Shown one piece after another: positions 47,908 to 57,637 of a stretch of DNA of 64,000 nt. The notes beneath the pieces are model-generated. The model did no database searches. It had not been told where the DNA came from and saw nothing but the letters and a program-made list of their open reading frames with translations. The DNA is from Bradymonadia bacterium (GTDB taxonomy: Bacteria > Myxococcota_A > Bradymonadia > UBA7976 > UBA1532): the NCBI GenBank assembly GCA_046290225.1, contig JBKAGE010000075.1:1-64000 (forward strand), given 5' to 3'. A program made the translations under genes and the position numbers. Position 1 is the stretch's first letter, and every line of letters starts with the position of its first letter.

Positions 47908-48903
47908 TCAGGGCCCGTGCTCGAAGTGATCGAAGCCGGCACCGCGTGCAGGCGCGCCGTCGAGGGTGAGCCCCGTACCCGCTGAACAGCGCCCGATGGG
48001 CCAGGCCCTGCACGGCGGCGTCAGCTCGGGATCAGCGGTGAAGAGCAACACATAGTCTTCGCCACCGGTGAGTGCTGCGGAGAGATCATCGCCCATCACC
48101 GCTCGATGATCGGCGCTCACGGGGATCGCGTCGCTCTGGAAGTGCATCGCCAGTCCGCTGGCGAGGGCCATACGCTCGGCATCTTTGAGCAGCCCGTCGC
48201 TCACGTCCATCGCCGCCGTAGTGCCAGGCCACCGGGCGAGGGCTGCGGCCTCTCTCAGGTGAGGGCGCCAGCGGTGGCGGAGCATGCGGGTGTGAGGGCT
48301 CGGACGCATCCAGCCGAGGGCCGCCTCGCCGAGGGGGCCGGTGACATAGATCCGATCGCCTGGGCGGGCTCCACTGCGTGTCAAAGCTCGGGGCCCTGCC
48401 AGCGGACCTCCGACGGTGACATTGATCACCGCAGGCCCTCGGGTGCTGCTCAGGTTGCCCCCTACGAGGGTGGCGCCGGCGCGGCTCAAGGTCTCGACGA
48501 AGCCCTCAGTGAGGGCGACAAGCTCGTCGAGCGACCATGAGGTGGGGAGGCTCAGAGCCCAGGTCACCCAGCCCGCGGCGCCGCCAGATCCTGCGAGATC
48601 GCTCAGGTTGCTCACCGCCGCCTGGGCGCCGATCTGATGCAGAGTGTCGAGTGACCGGTCGAAGTGCACGCCCTCGACGAGGGTGTCACACGACACAAGA
48701 TCGGTTCGGCGATGGAGGCGGGCACAGTCGTCGGAGAGGTCAGGCCGCTGACCGTATCGTCGGAGGACCGCAGCGATGGCGTCGATGCGCTGCGATTCTG
48801 TCGGTGCAGCGTGCGTCGTCGGGGTGGGGCTTTCTGATGTGGCCACCAGACACTCGGGCCCAGGAGGCTCGGGATCGGGCGGCTCGGGGGTGTCGTCGCC
48901 CAT
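47908..48903 (-). CDS. thiL: Thiamine-monophosphate kinase
   Basis: [56 protein letters not shown]. Confidence 0.92.
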   Translation of the reverse strand: MGDDTPEPPDPEPPGPECLVATSESPTPTTHAAPTESQRIDAIAAVLRRYGQRPDLSDDCARLHRRTDLVSCDTLVEGVHFDRSLDTLHQIGAQAAVSNLSDLAGSGGAAGWVTWALSLPTSWSLDELVALTEGFVETLSRAGATLVGGNLSSTRGPAVINVTVGGPLAGPRALTRSGARPGDRIYVTGPLGEAALGWMRPSPHTRMLRHRWRPHLREAAALARWPGTTAAMDVSDGLLKDAERMALASGLAMHFQSDAIPVSADHRAVMGDDLSAALTGGEDYVLLFTADPELTPPCRAWPIGRCSAGTGLTLDGAPARGAGFDHFEHGP

Positions 48904-48904
48904 C

Positions 48905-49282
48905 TCAGCCCATCTCGGTGACCGCCTTCACCACATCGAGGAGCTTGGAGCGGGTGAAGGGTTTGGTCAGATACAACACGCCGCCGGTGGCGAAGCCCTC
49001 GCTCATGCTCTCGGCGTCGGCTCGAGCGGTGACGAAGATGACATAGGGCTGCCCGTACTTCGGATCGCGCTGTACGCGCTCGGCGACGGTGAAGCCGTCG
49101 ATGTCGGGCATGTTCACGTCGAGGATGGCCAGATGGAACGAGCCGTCGCTGAGCTTCTCAAGGGCTTCGCTGCCGTTGTGAGCGATCTCGCAGGTGTAGC
49201 CCTGATCGGTGAGGATCTTGTGCTCGAGCTTGAGGATGTCCTCGTGATCGTCCACGAGCAGGATCTTGTGTTGTGCGGTCAT
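48905..49282 (-). CDS. Single-domain response regulator (CheY-like)
   Basis: [15 protein letters not shown] phospho-Asp, VTA, YLTKPF. Confidence 0.93.
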   Translation of the reverse strand: MTAQHKILLVDDHEDILKLEHKILTDQGYTCEIAHNGSEALEKLSDGSFHLAILDVNMPDIDGFTVAERVQRDPKYGQPYVIFVTARADAESMSEGFATGGVLYLTKPFTRSKLLDVVKAVTEMG

Positions 49283-49311
49283 CTTCTCTTCACTTCACAG
49301 GCCCTGGGTGA

Positions 49312-50712
49312 TCACCGCAGGGGGTTGAGATCGTCATCCTCAGCCACGGGTGGGGGCACCAGAGGCAGGTCGAAAGCGAATGTGGAGCCCCGGCCGGGCT
49401 CGCTGGAGACCTTCACCTCACCGCCGTGGGACTCGACGAAGTTCTTCACGATGGCGAGGCCGAGGCCGGTGCCGCCGTACTCCCGTGTCGAAGAGTTGTC
49501 GACCTGGAAGAAGGTTTCGAAGATGCGCTCGAGCTTGTCGCCGGGGATCCCGATGCCCGTGTCGGTCACGCTGAAGAACACTCGGGCCTCGGGTACGCCG
49601 GGGGCACCCTGGGCGGTGACCTGCACCTGGATCTGACCCGCCGCGGGGGTGAACTTCACGGCGTTGCTGAGCAAATTGATGAGCACCTGCCTGATCTTGT
49701 AGGTGTCGACCTTGATCTCGGGCAGCTGATCCGCGTACCGCACGGCGACGTCGAGGCGCTTCTTCTGCGCCTGAGGCCGCACCGCGGAGAGGGCGCCTTC
49801 GACGAGCTGCTCTGGCCGGGCCCGCTGCAGCACGATGTCGTGGGCGCCGTTCTCGATCTTGGAGATGTCGAGGATCCCGCTGATGAGGTGCAGCAGGCTC
49901 TCGCCCTTCTCCATGATGATGGAGACATATTCCTGCTGCTCACCGGAGAGATCGCCGGCGAGGCCTTCGAGGAGCATCTCGCTGTATCCGATGACCGAGG
50001 TCAGGGGCGTGCGCAGCTCGTGGCTCACCGTGGCGAGGAAGTTGCTCTTCATGCGGTCGAGCTCGCGCAGGCGCTCGTTGCTTTCTTGAAGCTTGCGGTT
50101 CTTGCGCTGCAGCTCGTTGTAGGCGTTGGTGATCGACTCCAGGTGCATGTGGCTCGTGAGCACGGCCTTGTACCCGGCATGGCAGTTGATGTTGATGGTG
50201 GCCAGCAGGGCGTCCACCATCTGCAGCAGGGGGCCATGGGTGATATGAGTGAGCACCTGTCGAGGCCCCGGGGCGCCCATGTGCTCGCTCAGTGCCGCAT
50301 TGCCGTCGTCGAAGAGATGGGCCAGCGGGGAGACGTCGCCTCGGGCATCATCGAGGATGAAGGGGCCCACCACCACTCGACCGAGGATGTCGCCCTCGTA
50401 GGTGATGGGCGCCGTGAGGCAGGTGATGCCCGTGCTGGGCTCCTCGCGGATCAGACGCTCTTCCAGGCCGATGGGCAGCCGGATGAGGTTCGATGTGAAG
50501 CCGGCGAGGGCCCGCATGGCCTGCCGATCGGCGCCGGGCCACTGCCCGAGGGCGCCCCGCGGCTGCAGATCGACGATCTTGGTGTGCTCGTGGTCGAAGA
50601 CCTTGATGCCCGCACGGAGCAGCTGCATGTATGTGCCGCACAGCTCTCTGAGCAGACCCGTGTCGAAGACTTCCGAGAGAACGACGGCCCGATCGAGGAT
50701 GGAGTCGCTCAC
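49312..50712 (-). CDS. Cytoplasmic sensor histidine kinase with PocR-like N-terminal domain
   Basis: No [59 protein letters not shown] overlap with the GTPase stop. Confidence 0.88.
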   Translation of the reverse strand: MSDSILDRAVVLSEVFDTGLLRELCGTYMQLLRAGIKVFDHEHTKIVDLQPRGALGQWPGADRQAMRALAGFTSNLIRLPIGLEERLIREEPSTGITCLTAPITYEGDILGRVVVGPFILDDARGDVSPLAHLFDDGNAALSEHMGAPGPRQVLTHITHGPLLQMVDALLATININCHAGYKAVLTSHMHLESITNAYNELQRKNRKLQESNERLRELDRMKSNFLATVSHELRTPLTSVIGYSEMLLEGLAGDLSGEQQEYVSIIMEKGESLLHLISGILDISKIENGAHDIVLQRARPEQLVEGALSAVRPQAQKKRLDVAVRYADQLPEIKVDTYKIRQVLINLLSNAVKFTPAAGQIQVQVTAQGAPGVPEARVFFSVTDTGIGIPGDKLERIFETFFQVDNSSTREYGGTGLGLAIVKNFVESHGGEVKVSSEPGRGSTFAFDLPLVPPPVAEDDDLNPLR

Positions 50713-51392
50713 AGGTTGACACCCTCTCGCACCTTCTGGGGATCCCAGTGGTTGAAGAGCTGTTCGAGGAACTCGGTACGATCAGTGCCAAGCTTGTCGC
50801 TGACGCCGTAGAGCTTCTCGAGGTGATCCCAGGTGAGCGAGAGCAGGCTCTTGAGGGTCTCCAGCACGCCGACACCGTAGATGGCCACCGAGCGATGGAT
50901 CGGCGTATTGCGGATGGCCGCCAGAGAGTTCAGCTCCGCGTCGGTGCGGATGTCGGGGAGATCGCGCTTGTTGAACTGCACCACCAGCGGGATCTGCTCG
51001 GGGTCGAGCTGATTGCGTACGAGGTTGGTGAGCAGGTTGTCGTACGACTCCTGGTTCTCTTCGGTCTTGGCGATGCGGCTGTCGGCGATGAAGGCCACCG
51101 CGTCGGCTTTCTGCAGCACGATCTGTCGAGTGCTGTCGTGGAAGACCTGACCCGGCACCGTGTACAGCTTGAGCTTGATGCGGAAGTTGTTCCGCGTGCG
51201 GAAGTGCACCGGCAACAAGTCGAAGAAGAGCGTACGGTCGTCGCGGGTCTCGAGGTTCATCAACCGACCCGCGCTGCCGGGAGCCACCATGTTGTGGATG
51301 GCCTGCAGGTTGGTGGTCTTCCCGCTGCGTGCGGGACCGTAGTACACGACCTTGAGCGTCAGCTCTCGCTGGCTCATGTTGAATTGGACCAT
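50709..51392 (-). CDS. MglA-family small Ras-like GTPase (no adjacent MglB)
   Basis: KVVYYGPARSGKTTNL, DRTLFFD, LYTVPGQ, QFNKRDL. Confidence 0.9.
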   Translation of the reverse strand: MVQFNMSQRELTLKVVYYGPARSGKTTNLQAIHNMVAPGSAGRLMNLETRDDRTLFFDLLPVHFRTRNNFRIKLKLYTVPGQVFHDSTRQIVLQKADAVAFIADSRIAKTEENQESYDNLLTNLVRNQLDPEQIPLVVQFNKRDLPDIRTDAELNSLAAIRNTPIHRSVAIYGVGVLETLKSLLSLTWDHLEKLYGVSDKLGTDRTEFLEQLFNHWDPQKVREGVNL

Positions 51393-51559
51393 GTAGGGGC
51401 GCCTTGAGCGATCTGATCTGCGTCACGTGCAGAGCGGTCGGCAAACAACAAAGCCATGTGCTCTGAAGCGAAACATAGTGCCTTTACAGCCCCCTCGCAA
51501 TGGCCCTGCATGCCCCCAATCGGCCTTTGAGGGGGCGGGGCTTGAACCGACCTGCGTCG

Positions 51560-52024
51560 TCACTGGAGCCAGGACTGCTCCATGGCCCTGCCGGCGTAGT
51601 AGATGCCTGCGGTGAATGCCAGCAGAAGCACGGCCCCGAAGAGCATGAGCAACAACACCCGCAGGCGATCTTTTCGAGGATCTCGATCGGAGCTGAGGGG
51701 GGCGAGGCGGGCGAGGGCGACGTTGAGCACGCGCTGACGATATGCGTTCACTCGAGCATCGAGACCCTGAGGATCGAGATCGCGATAGCGCTGGCCGGCG
51801 AATTCGAGCTGGCCGGCGATGGCGCAGGCCTTGATGAAGGCTTCGTGACCTTCAGCGTCGTCGAGGCGTGTGGACAACTGCTCCCACTGGGCTTCGAGCC
51901 CCTGGTGCCCGTCCGCAGACCCGCGATCGGGGGCAGGGTGCTTTTCGAAGTCGAAGCCACATCGGTGACAGGGCGCCGGGGCCGACTGGGTGTGCCCGCA
52001 CTTGGAACAGGTGTGTGTGGTCAT
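51560..52024 (-). CDS. Hypothetical zinc-ribbon membrane protein
   Basis: CSKC...CHRC at the N-terminus, helical middle, single C-terminal TM; ATG 7 nt after the upstream stop. Confidence 0.7.
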   Translation of the reverse strand: MTTHTCSKCGHTQSAPAPCHRCGFDFEKHPAPDRGSADGHQGLEAQWEQLSTRLDDAEGHEAFIKACAIAGQLEFAGQRYRDLDPQGLDARVNAYRQRVLNVALARLAPLSSDRDPRKDRLRVLLLMLFGAVLLLAFTAGIYYAGRAMEQSWLQ

Positions 52025-52031
52025 GGGTGGA

Positions 52032-53660
52032 TCAGTTCCCTGCAGGTCGATCTCCACGGCGGGGGACCACCCCCTCTTCGGGCTGCACCGTGAACACGAA
52101 GAGCCCGAAGACCGCGTCGCCATTGCCATTGAATCGGGTGGTGCCCACCACACCTTCATAATCTCTCAGAGCCAGCAAACGCCTGCGGATCGTGTCCCTG
52201 CCGCCGGCCCGCTTGAGCTCGTCGCACATGATGCGTGCAGCGTCGTAGGCGTGGGCGGCGAGGGCCCCCGGGGCCTTGCCTGTGACGGTCTCGTACGCTC
52301 GGGCGAACCGGGTGCTCCTGCTGTACTCCGGGCGCCAGCCGTCGACGAAGATGGCGTTGTTGGCCTGCTCGATTTGTCGCTCCACGAGCTTGGGATCGCC
52401 AAAACCCGAGGCGCCGAGGATCTGGACCAGCTGAGGCGTCTTGCCGCTGTATTTGCCCCGCAGATCGCTCGCCAGCATGTCTCGATCGGTCTTCAGCTCG
52501 ATGTCCCAGTAGGTCAGATAGGGCAGCAGGGTGCGCAGCCGCCGGCCTCGATCAGGGATGAACAGGGCTTCGAAGTCCACCTCGGGGGCCACGTGGAGAG
52601 CGCGATCCCGGGCCTTGCGGTTGAGCTTCACCCAGCGGGGATCCTTCTTGCGGATCGAGAGCTCATAGCGGCCGATCAGCTTCTTGATGGGATCGCTGAA
52701 GTCCACATCGTTCGGACCATATGCCTGGGCTCCCCTGATCTGCCCGCCGAGGGCCTCGACGGTGCGCCAGAAGGCGCGGGTCATGGCCCGGCCGTGATCA
52801 GTGTCGGGGTACAGGATGGCGAAGCGACGGTGTCCCATGCGCTTGACGGCATAGCGGGCGAGGGTCTTCGCCTGTGCTTCGGGGGTGAGCCGGTGCCTGA
52901 AGATGAAGCTGCCCATGCGGGTGACGTCGGCCCGTGAGGTCAGCGTCATCAGAGGCACCTGAAGTCGCTGAGCCACCTGAGCGGCAGAGGCGCTCTCCAG
53001 GGCGCCGATGGGCCCCACGATGGCGGGGACCTTGTGCTCGTAGACCAGGCGCTCCACGGCGAGGGCGGCCTGCTCTGCCTTGCCTGCAGTGTCTTCGATG
53101 ACCAGCTTGATGCCGGCCCGTTTCGCCGCGATCTTGATCGAGGGCAGGGCGCTCTTCCCGATGGCGCCAAAGGGCCCGGAGAGGGGCAACACAACCCCGA
53201 GTCGGCCCCTCTGCACTGCTGCGAAGGCCTCCATTCGAGCCCTCACCTGTTCGATGCGCGCCGCCGCCGGGTGCCCGGCGCTCCGGGCCACGGCGTCCGC
53301 GAGGTGCTGACGCGCCTCTCGGGGCTTGCGCTGGTGCTCGGCGAGCAGAGCCAGACGCAGCCGGGCCCAGGGGAGGGCCGCCGGGGGCAGCTTGGGCAGC
53401 AGCTTCTGGAGCACGTCGCCGGGCAGGCCCTCGATGAGGGGGGCGTGATCTGCAGGGGGCAGGGTGCCCAGATGCTTCACCAGGGCCTCGAGCTCCTCCG
53501 CCCGGGTGGCGGGTCGCTGAGGGCTCTCGGTGAGCCCTTCGGGATCAGCCTGCGCCTCTCGCGGATCTGTGACGGGATCGTCGTCAGGGGGCGGCAAGCG
53601 CTGCTGGCCACCACACCCCATCAACATCGACAGAGCAAAGACCGAGAGCGCCCACCACAT
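52032..53660 (-). CDS. Lipoprotein with type-1 periplasmic-binding fold (LpoA/LppC-like PBP activator)
   Basis: Lipobox LMGC; TPR-like helices; LGVVLPLSG, IVGPI, FAILYP...GR, FEALFIPD, AYDAA, GVVGTTRF. Confidence 0.75.
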   Translation of the reverse strand: MWWALSVFALSMLMGCGGQQRLPPPDDDPVTDPREAQADPEGLTESPQRPATRAEELEALVKHLGTLPPADHAPLIEGLPGDVLQKLLPKLPPAALPWARLRLALLAEHQRKPREARQHLADAVARSAGHPAAARIEQVRARMEAFAAVQRGRLGVVLPLSGPFGAIGKSALPSIKIAAKRAGIKLVIEDTAGKAEQAALAVERLVYEHKVPAIVGPIGALESASAAQVAQRLQVPLMTLTSRADVTRMGSFIFRHRLTPEAQAKTLARYAVKRMGHRRFAILYPDTDHGRAMTRAFWRTVEALGGQIRGAQAYGPNDVDFSDPIKKLIGRYELSIRKKDPRWVKLNRKARDRALHVAPEVDFEALFIPDRGRRLRTLLPYLTYWDIELKTDRDMLASDLRGKYSGKTPQLVQILGASGFGDPKLVERQIEQANNAIFVDGWRPEYSRSTRFARAYETVTGKAPGALAAHAYDAARIMCDELKRAGGRDTIRRRLLALRDYEGVVGTTRFNGNGDAVFGLFVFTVQPEEGVVPRRGDRPAGN

Positions 53661-53670
53661 GGGGCGGTGA

Positions 53671-54774
53671 TCACAGTGAGGTCGGGGTGATCGCATCGAG
53701 GAGCGCGTCTCCGTCATGAGGAAAGCCGATGAAGTTGGGCTCGGGCACGAGGCGGATGCCGAAAGTCTCGTGTACCCGTCGTCTGATGCCAGCGGCGAAG
53801 CAGGCGACATCGTCGGCCTTCGCCCCCGGTGAGGTGACGATGGCCAGCGTGTGCCGCGCGGAGAGCCCCACGGGCCCCCGACGCAAACCCTTGTGCAGCC
53901 CCGCCCGTTCGATGAGCCAGGCCGCTGAGAGCTTGATGCGATCTGCGGCGTCGCTCATGGGCCACTGTGGTGGATCTTCGCCGACGATGCGAGCGATCGC
54001 TTCTACCTGAGCAGGGCCCGTGATGGGGTTGGTGAAGAACGAGCCTGCAGACCGGCTGTTCGGATCATTGGGGTCGAGGACCATCGATTTGCCCCGACGC
54101 AGATCGAGCACGGTCGCTCGGGCCTCGGCGACCGAGACGTGGCTCGAGCCGGCAAACCTGCGGGCGAGCTCTCCATACGCGAGAGTGGCTGGGGCGCCAG
54201 GCCGAAGTCGCAGGGTGACGGCGGTGATGATCCAACGGCCGGGGCCGTGTTCGAGGAGATCTGCCTTGAATCGGCTGTGTCGGTAGCCAAAGGCGCAGGC
54301 TGCAGCGTCGAGGGTGACCAGACATTGTCGCATCGCGTCCCAGGCCTGGACCTCCACCAGTGTGTCTTCGAGGGCCTGACCGTAGGCGCCGATGTTCTGA
54401 ATCGGCGCCGCGCCCACCTGTCCGGGGATGCCCGAGAGACACTCCAGCCCGGCCAGATCTGCCTCCACCGTGGCCGCCACGAGGGCATCCCAGTCATGGC
54501 CGGCTTCCACCGTGAGCCACACCTCACCATCGGCCGCCTGTCGCCGTACGCCGGAGAACCCCAGGCGAACCACGAGGCCAGGGAAGCCCTCGTCGGCGAC
54601 GACCATGTTGCTGCCTCCGCCGAGGAGCAGCACCGGCAGATCTCGAGTCTGAGCCCATCGCAAGGCCGGCTCGAGGCCTTCAGGGGACTCGACCGTGACA
54701 CCCCAGCGGCCGGTGCCGCCGACCTGCAACGTGGTGTGGGCGCCCAAAGGCACATCGGGCGTAGGGTCGATCAT
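53671..54774 (-). CDS. murB: UDP-N-acetylmuramate dehydrogenase
   Basis: TTLQVGG, LGGGSN, GIPGQVGAAPIQNIGAYG, FGYRHSRFK, SAGSFFTNP, KLSAAWLIE. Confidence 0.96.
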   Translation of the reverse strand: MIDPTPDVPLGAHTTLQVGGTGRWGVTVESPEGLEPALRWAQTRDLPVLLLGGGSNMVVADEGFPGLVVRLGFSGVRRQAADGEVWLTVEAGHDWDALVAATVEADLAGLECLSGIPGQVGAAPIQNIGAYGQALEDTLVEVQAWDAMRQCLVTLDAAACAFGYRHSRFKADLLEHGPGRWIITAVTLRLRPGAPATLAYGELARRFAGSSHVSVAEARATVLDLRRGKSMVLDPNDPNSRSAGSFFTNPITGPAQVEAIARIVGEDPPQWPMSDAADRIKLSAAWLIERAGLHKGLRRGPVGLSARHTLAIVTSPGAKADDVACFAAGIRRRVHETFGIRLVPEPNFIGFPHDGDALLDAITPTSL

Positions 54775-55427
54775 GGCGCACCGTGGTGAGCATCGGCGAT
54801 CTTCGTCGCCTGGATGTCTGCCTGCTCCAGCACCCTCTGGGCCGCGACGAAGGTGGGGCCGAAGGCGAGGAAGCCATGCTCGTGGCCCGTCATCTTGATG
54901 AGCGGCTGGGCAAAGCCTGCGTCGAGCAGACGTTCTACCTCGCGACCCATCTGAGGGGTGCCGTAGGCCACGCCGGGGGCTGTGACCATCACTTCGAGGT
55001 GATCGCTGTGGGCCCAGAGGAGGGGCCCGTGGATGTGGATGATGGCGCTGGCCTCCGGGGCGGCTTCATAGAGGGCGCCGTGGGTCATCGATTCCGAGGA
55101 GGGGGCTACGGGGCCGGTGCTGGTGACGCTGTTGCTTTCGAGATCGAAGTCGATGATCTCACAGAGGTGCTCTGGCCCCAGGGTGTCCAGCCCTCCGGTG
55201 CCGGTGCCGGTGACGAGGAAACCCCCACCAGGCAGACGACAGCTCAGGTTGCCGTAGCCCACGCCCCCATATCGAGCGGGGTCCAGGCCCACGAGACCCC
55301 TGGCGTACATGCGCTGGCGACAGGCGATCAAGCCAGGGGCGAGTGCGCTGGCCTCAGGGCTCAGGGGGCCAGGGGTGTGGTGAGGGGTGAACTTGGTCAC
55401 CCCCTCGATCTCGTCGAAGGGTGCCAT
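54771..55427 (-). CDS. Class II aldolase/adducin family protein
   Basis: GYGNLS, FLVTGT, PSSE..THG..Y, IIHIH, YGT; ATGA overlap with murB. Confidence 0.85.
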   Translation of the reverse strand: MAPFDEIEGVTKFTPHHTPGPLSPEASALAPGLIACRQRMYARGLVGLDPARYGGVGYGNLSCRLPGGGFLVTGTGTGGLDTLGPEHLCEIIDFDLESNSVTSTGPVAPSSESMTHGALYEAAPEASAIIHIHGPLLWAHSDHLEVMVTAPGVAYGTPQMGREVERLLDAGFAQPLIKMTGHEHGFLAFGPTFVAAQRVLEQADIQATKIADAHHGAP

Positions 55428-55456
55428 GGCGGTCTCTCGCCCGATCGAGTCGGGGT

Positions 55457-57637
55457 TCAGGCGGCGTCCAGGGCCGCCTTGAGTGCTTTGAGCGTGGCAG
55501 ATGCTGATCGGCGCTGCTCTGGGCTCATGGCCGCACCACCGAAGCGGGCTTCTTCATACATGGAGATGATCTCCCGGGCCAGAGGGAGCCCCGGGGCCCC
55601 CCGTGATTCGAGGAGATCGAGATACTCCCGCACCGTCAGGTGAGCGGGCCGGGTGATCCCGTGGCGGGCATAGAGCGACTCGAGGTTGCTGATGACGCCG
55701 ATGGTGGCTCGGGCCCGCGGATCTGCATCGCCGCCTCGGGGGCTCGACAGGCCAGGCCAGCGCCGCCAGGCCCAGCCGCCGAAGAAGACCAGGGCGAGAG
55801 CGCCGCTGATCCACAACGTGGTGTCCCCCGGGCGCCACTGCATGAAGTCTTTGGCGCCACGAAACGCCGAGCGCAGCCCCTGAGCGAAACTGCGGAGGGC
55901 CTCGATCTGAGCACCGAGATCGTACTCGATGACCCATTTGTACCAGCGCAGCTTGAGGGCATCGATGCTCTGGGCGAACCAGCTCGGTGTCTCCATGGCG
56001 ACGGCGCTCTGATCCGCCGCAGGGGTCGGATCCTGCAGCCACCACGCCCGAGGAGACTGGCCCGCCCCAGGCAACCAGATCTCGACCCAGGCGTGGGCTT
56101 CACCCTGGCGCACTGCGATGTACTCACCCACGCCGTTCCAAGTGCCACCGTGAAAGCCGTTCACGGTGCGGGCTGCGACCCCCTGGGTACGCAGGAGCAC
56201 CACCATGGCCGTGGCGAAGTACTCGCAGTGCCCCTTACGCCGGGCGAAGAGGAAGTCCTCCAACGGGGGGCGGCTGGGATCACGTTCGAGATCGAGGGTG
56301 TAGCTGTAATCCGACTTCAGGTGTCTACGGAGCCTGTGGACCACTTCGGCCACAGTGTTGGCGTCGCCAACAACTTCGTCGGCGAGGGCCTCGATCTCAG
56401 GTGAGAGATCGTCGGGCAGTTGCGTGAAGCGGCGCGCAAAGTCCTCCATCTTCGGGCGGCTCAGCGCTCTGCGGTAGTCCTCGAGGGACATCGACGCGGT
56501 GTCGGGCGCCCTCGGCGGGGCGCTGAAGGCGTCGTAGCGAAAGGCGAGGGCCCCTGTCTGGCTGTAGAAGACGTCACCGTTCTCATCGAGATCGAGGCCG
56601 CTCTGTTTGAAGGGCTGGCGCTCGTCGGTCAGGGTGATCGAGAGGAGCGGTGAGAGGCCGAAGATCACCTGCTGCTCCATGGGCTCGAGATAGATCTCCT
56701 GCCGGACCAGCCCCTCAGTTGCGTCGCGTGGTGCCCAGGGCATCGAGACGCTGCCGTCGAAGGCGACAGGCAGGCCGCGGCGGCGACGTTGCGTCTTCTT
56801 CCAGCGCTCTCCGTCGTAGTGATCGAAGCTGATGCCCCTCCAGTACAAGGGCATGGTCTGCCGGGCTTCAGGTGGATCGAGGTGCACCCGCATCACCACG
56901 GTCTTGTCCTGCTTGATGCGGCCGTGGCCGCCGAGCTCGATCTGATCGCTGAACCCCGTCATTTGCACCCCATCTCGGGCGCCCTGAGAGAGCCAGCCGA
57001 AGCCCACCCGGGGGAACAGGAAGAAGACCACCGTGGAGCCCGTGAAGATGACGATGGCGATGAGGCTGGTCATGGCCAGGAACCGTCGGGTCACGAGCCT
57101 GCGGGAGTTGAGCACGCGCTCGACCTGAACGGGGCGACCTTTCTGTGGGCCCTGCTCGTACTTGAGCAGGAAGTTCTCCTCTACCTCTCGCCGCAGGTGA
57201 AACAGCATCAGGGTCCAGGTGGCGAAGATGATGTAGCCCACAAAGGCCACCGCGAAGAGCAGCCCCGTGTTCATCGCCGTGCCGGCCACCATCTGCAGGA
57301 ACGACAGCAAGTAGAGCTGCTGCAGATCTCTCAACGCGCTGCGGTTGAAGAGCTTGTTGATCACCAGGCAGGTGAGAAAGTTCGCCCCTACAGGCAGCAG
57401 GGGGGCCCCCGAGAGCCCCTCGAGGATCGCCCAGGCCAGGGCGCCGAGGGTGAGCAGGTTCCAGACGATCGGGCTGCCGGGCTCACCGTCGGCGCGGCCC
57501 CATCGCCAGCTGAGAGGGAACGCCAGCAAGGCTGCGCCGCTGACGATGGGGTTGAGCCCGCCAGAGGTCACCAGGACCAGCGTGCTGGTGAGCACCAGCA
57601 GATAGCTCACGGTCTGATGGATGTGCCGAAAACGCAT
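55457..57637 (-). CDS. TgpA-like membrane transglutaminase (DUF3488 + transglutaminase + DUF4129)
   Basis: N-terminal TMs, FFLFPR, TGFSD, YWRG..FD.YDG, catalytic GHCEYFA / AHAWVE / DPTP, YEEARFG. Confidence 0.92.
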   Translation of the reverse strand: MRFRHIHQTVSYLLVLTSTLVLVTSGGLNPIVSGAALLAFPLSWRWGRADGEPGSPIVWNLLTLGALAWAILEGLSGAPLLPVGANFLTCLVINKLFNRSALRDLQQLYLLSFLQMVAGTAMNTGLLFAVAFVGYIIFATWTLMLFHLRREVEENFLLKYEQGPQKGRPVQVERVLNSRRLVTRRFLAMTSLIAIVIFTGSTVVFFLFPRVGFGWLSQGARDGVQMTGFSDQIELGGHGRIKQDKTVVMRVHLDPPEARQTMPLYWRGISFDHYDGERWKKTQRRRRGLPVAFDGSVSMPWAPRDATEGLVRQEIYLEPMEQQVIFGLSPLLSITLTDERQPFKQSGLDLDENGDVFYSQTGALAFRYDAFSAPPRAPDTASMSLEDYRRALSRPKMEDFARRFTQLPDDLSPEIEALADEVVGDANTVAEVVHRLRRHLKSDYSYTLDLERDPSRPPLEDFLFARRKGHCEYFATAMVVLLRTQGVAARTVNGFHGGTWNGVGEYIAVRQGEAHAWVEIWLPGAGQSPRAWWLQDPTPAADQSAVAMETPSWFAQSIDALKLRWYKWVIEYDLGAQIEALRSFAQGLRSAFRGAKDFMQWRPGDTTLWISGALALVFFGGWAWRRWPGLSSPRGGDADPRARATIGVISNLESLYARHGITRPAHLTVREYLDLLESRGAPGLPLAREIISMYEEARFGGAAMSPEQRRSASATLKALKAALDAA

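Noticed and set aside
51501..51512. TGGCCCTGCATG, matching the tail of the GGGCAC element
   Set aside because: Only 12 bp with none of the other element blocks; compatible with chance in GC-rich DNA.
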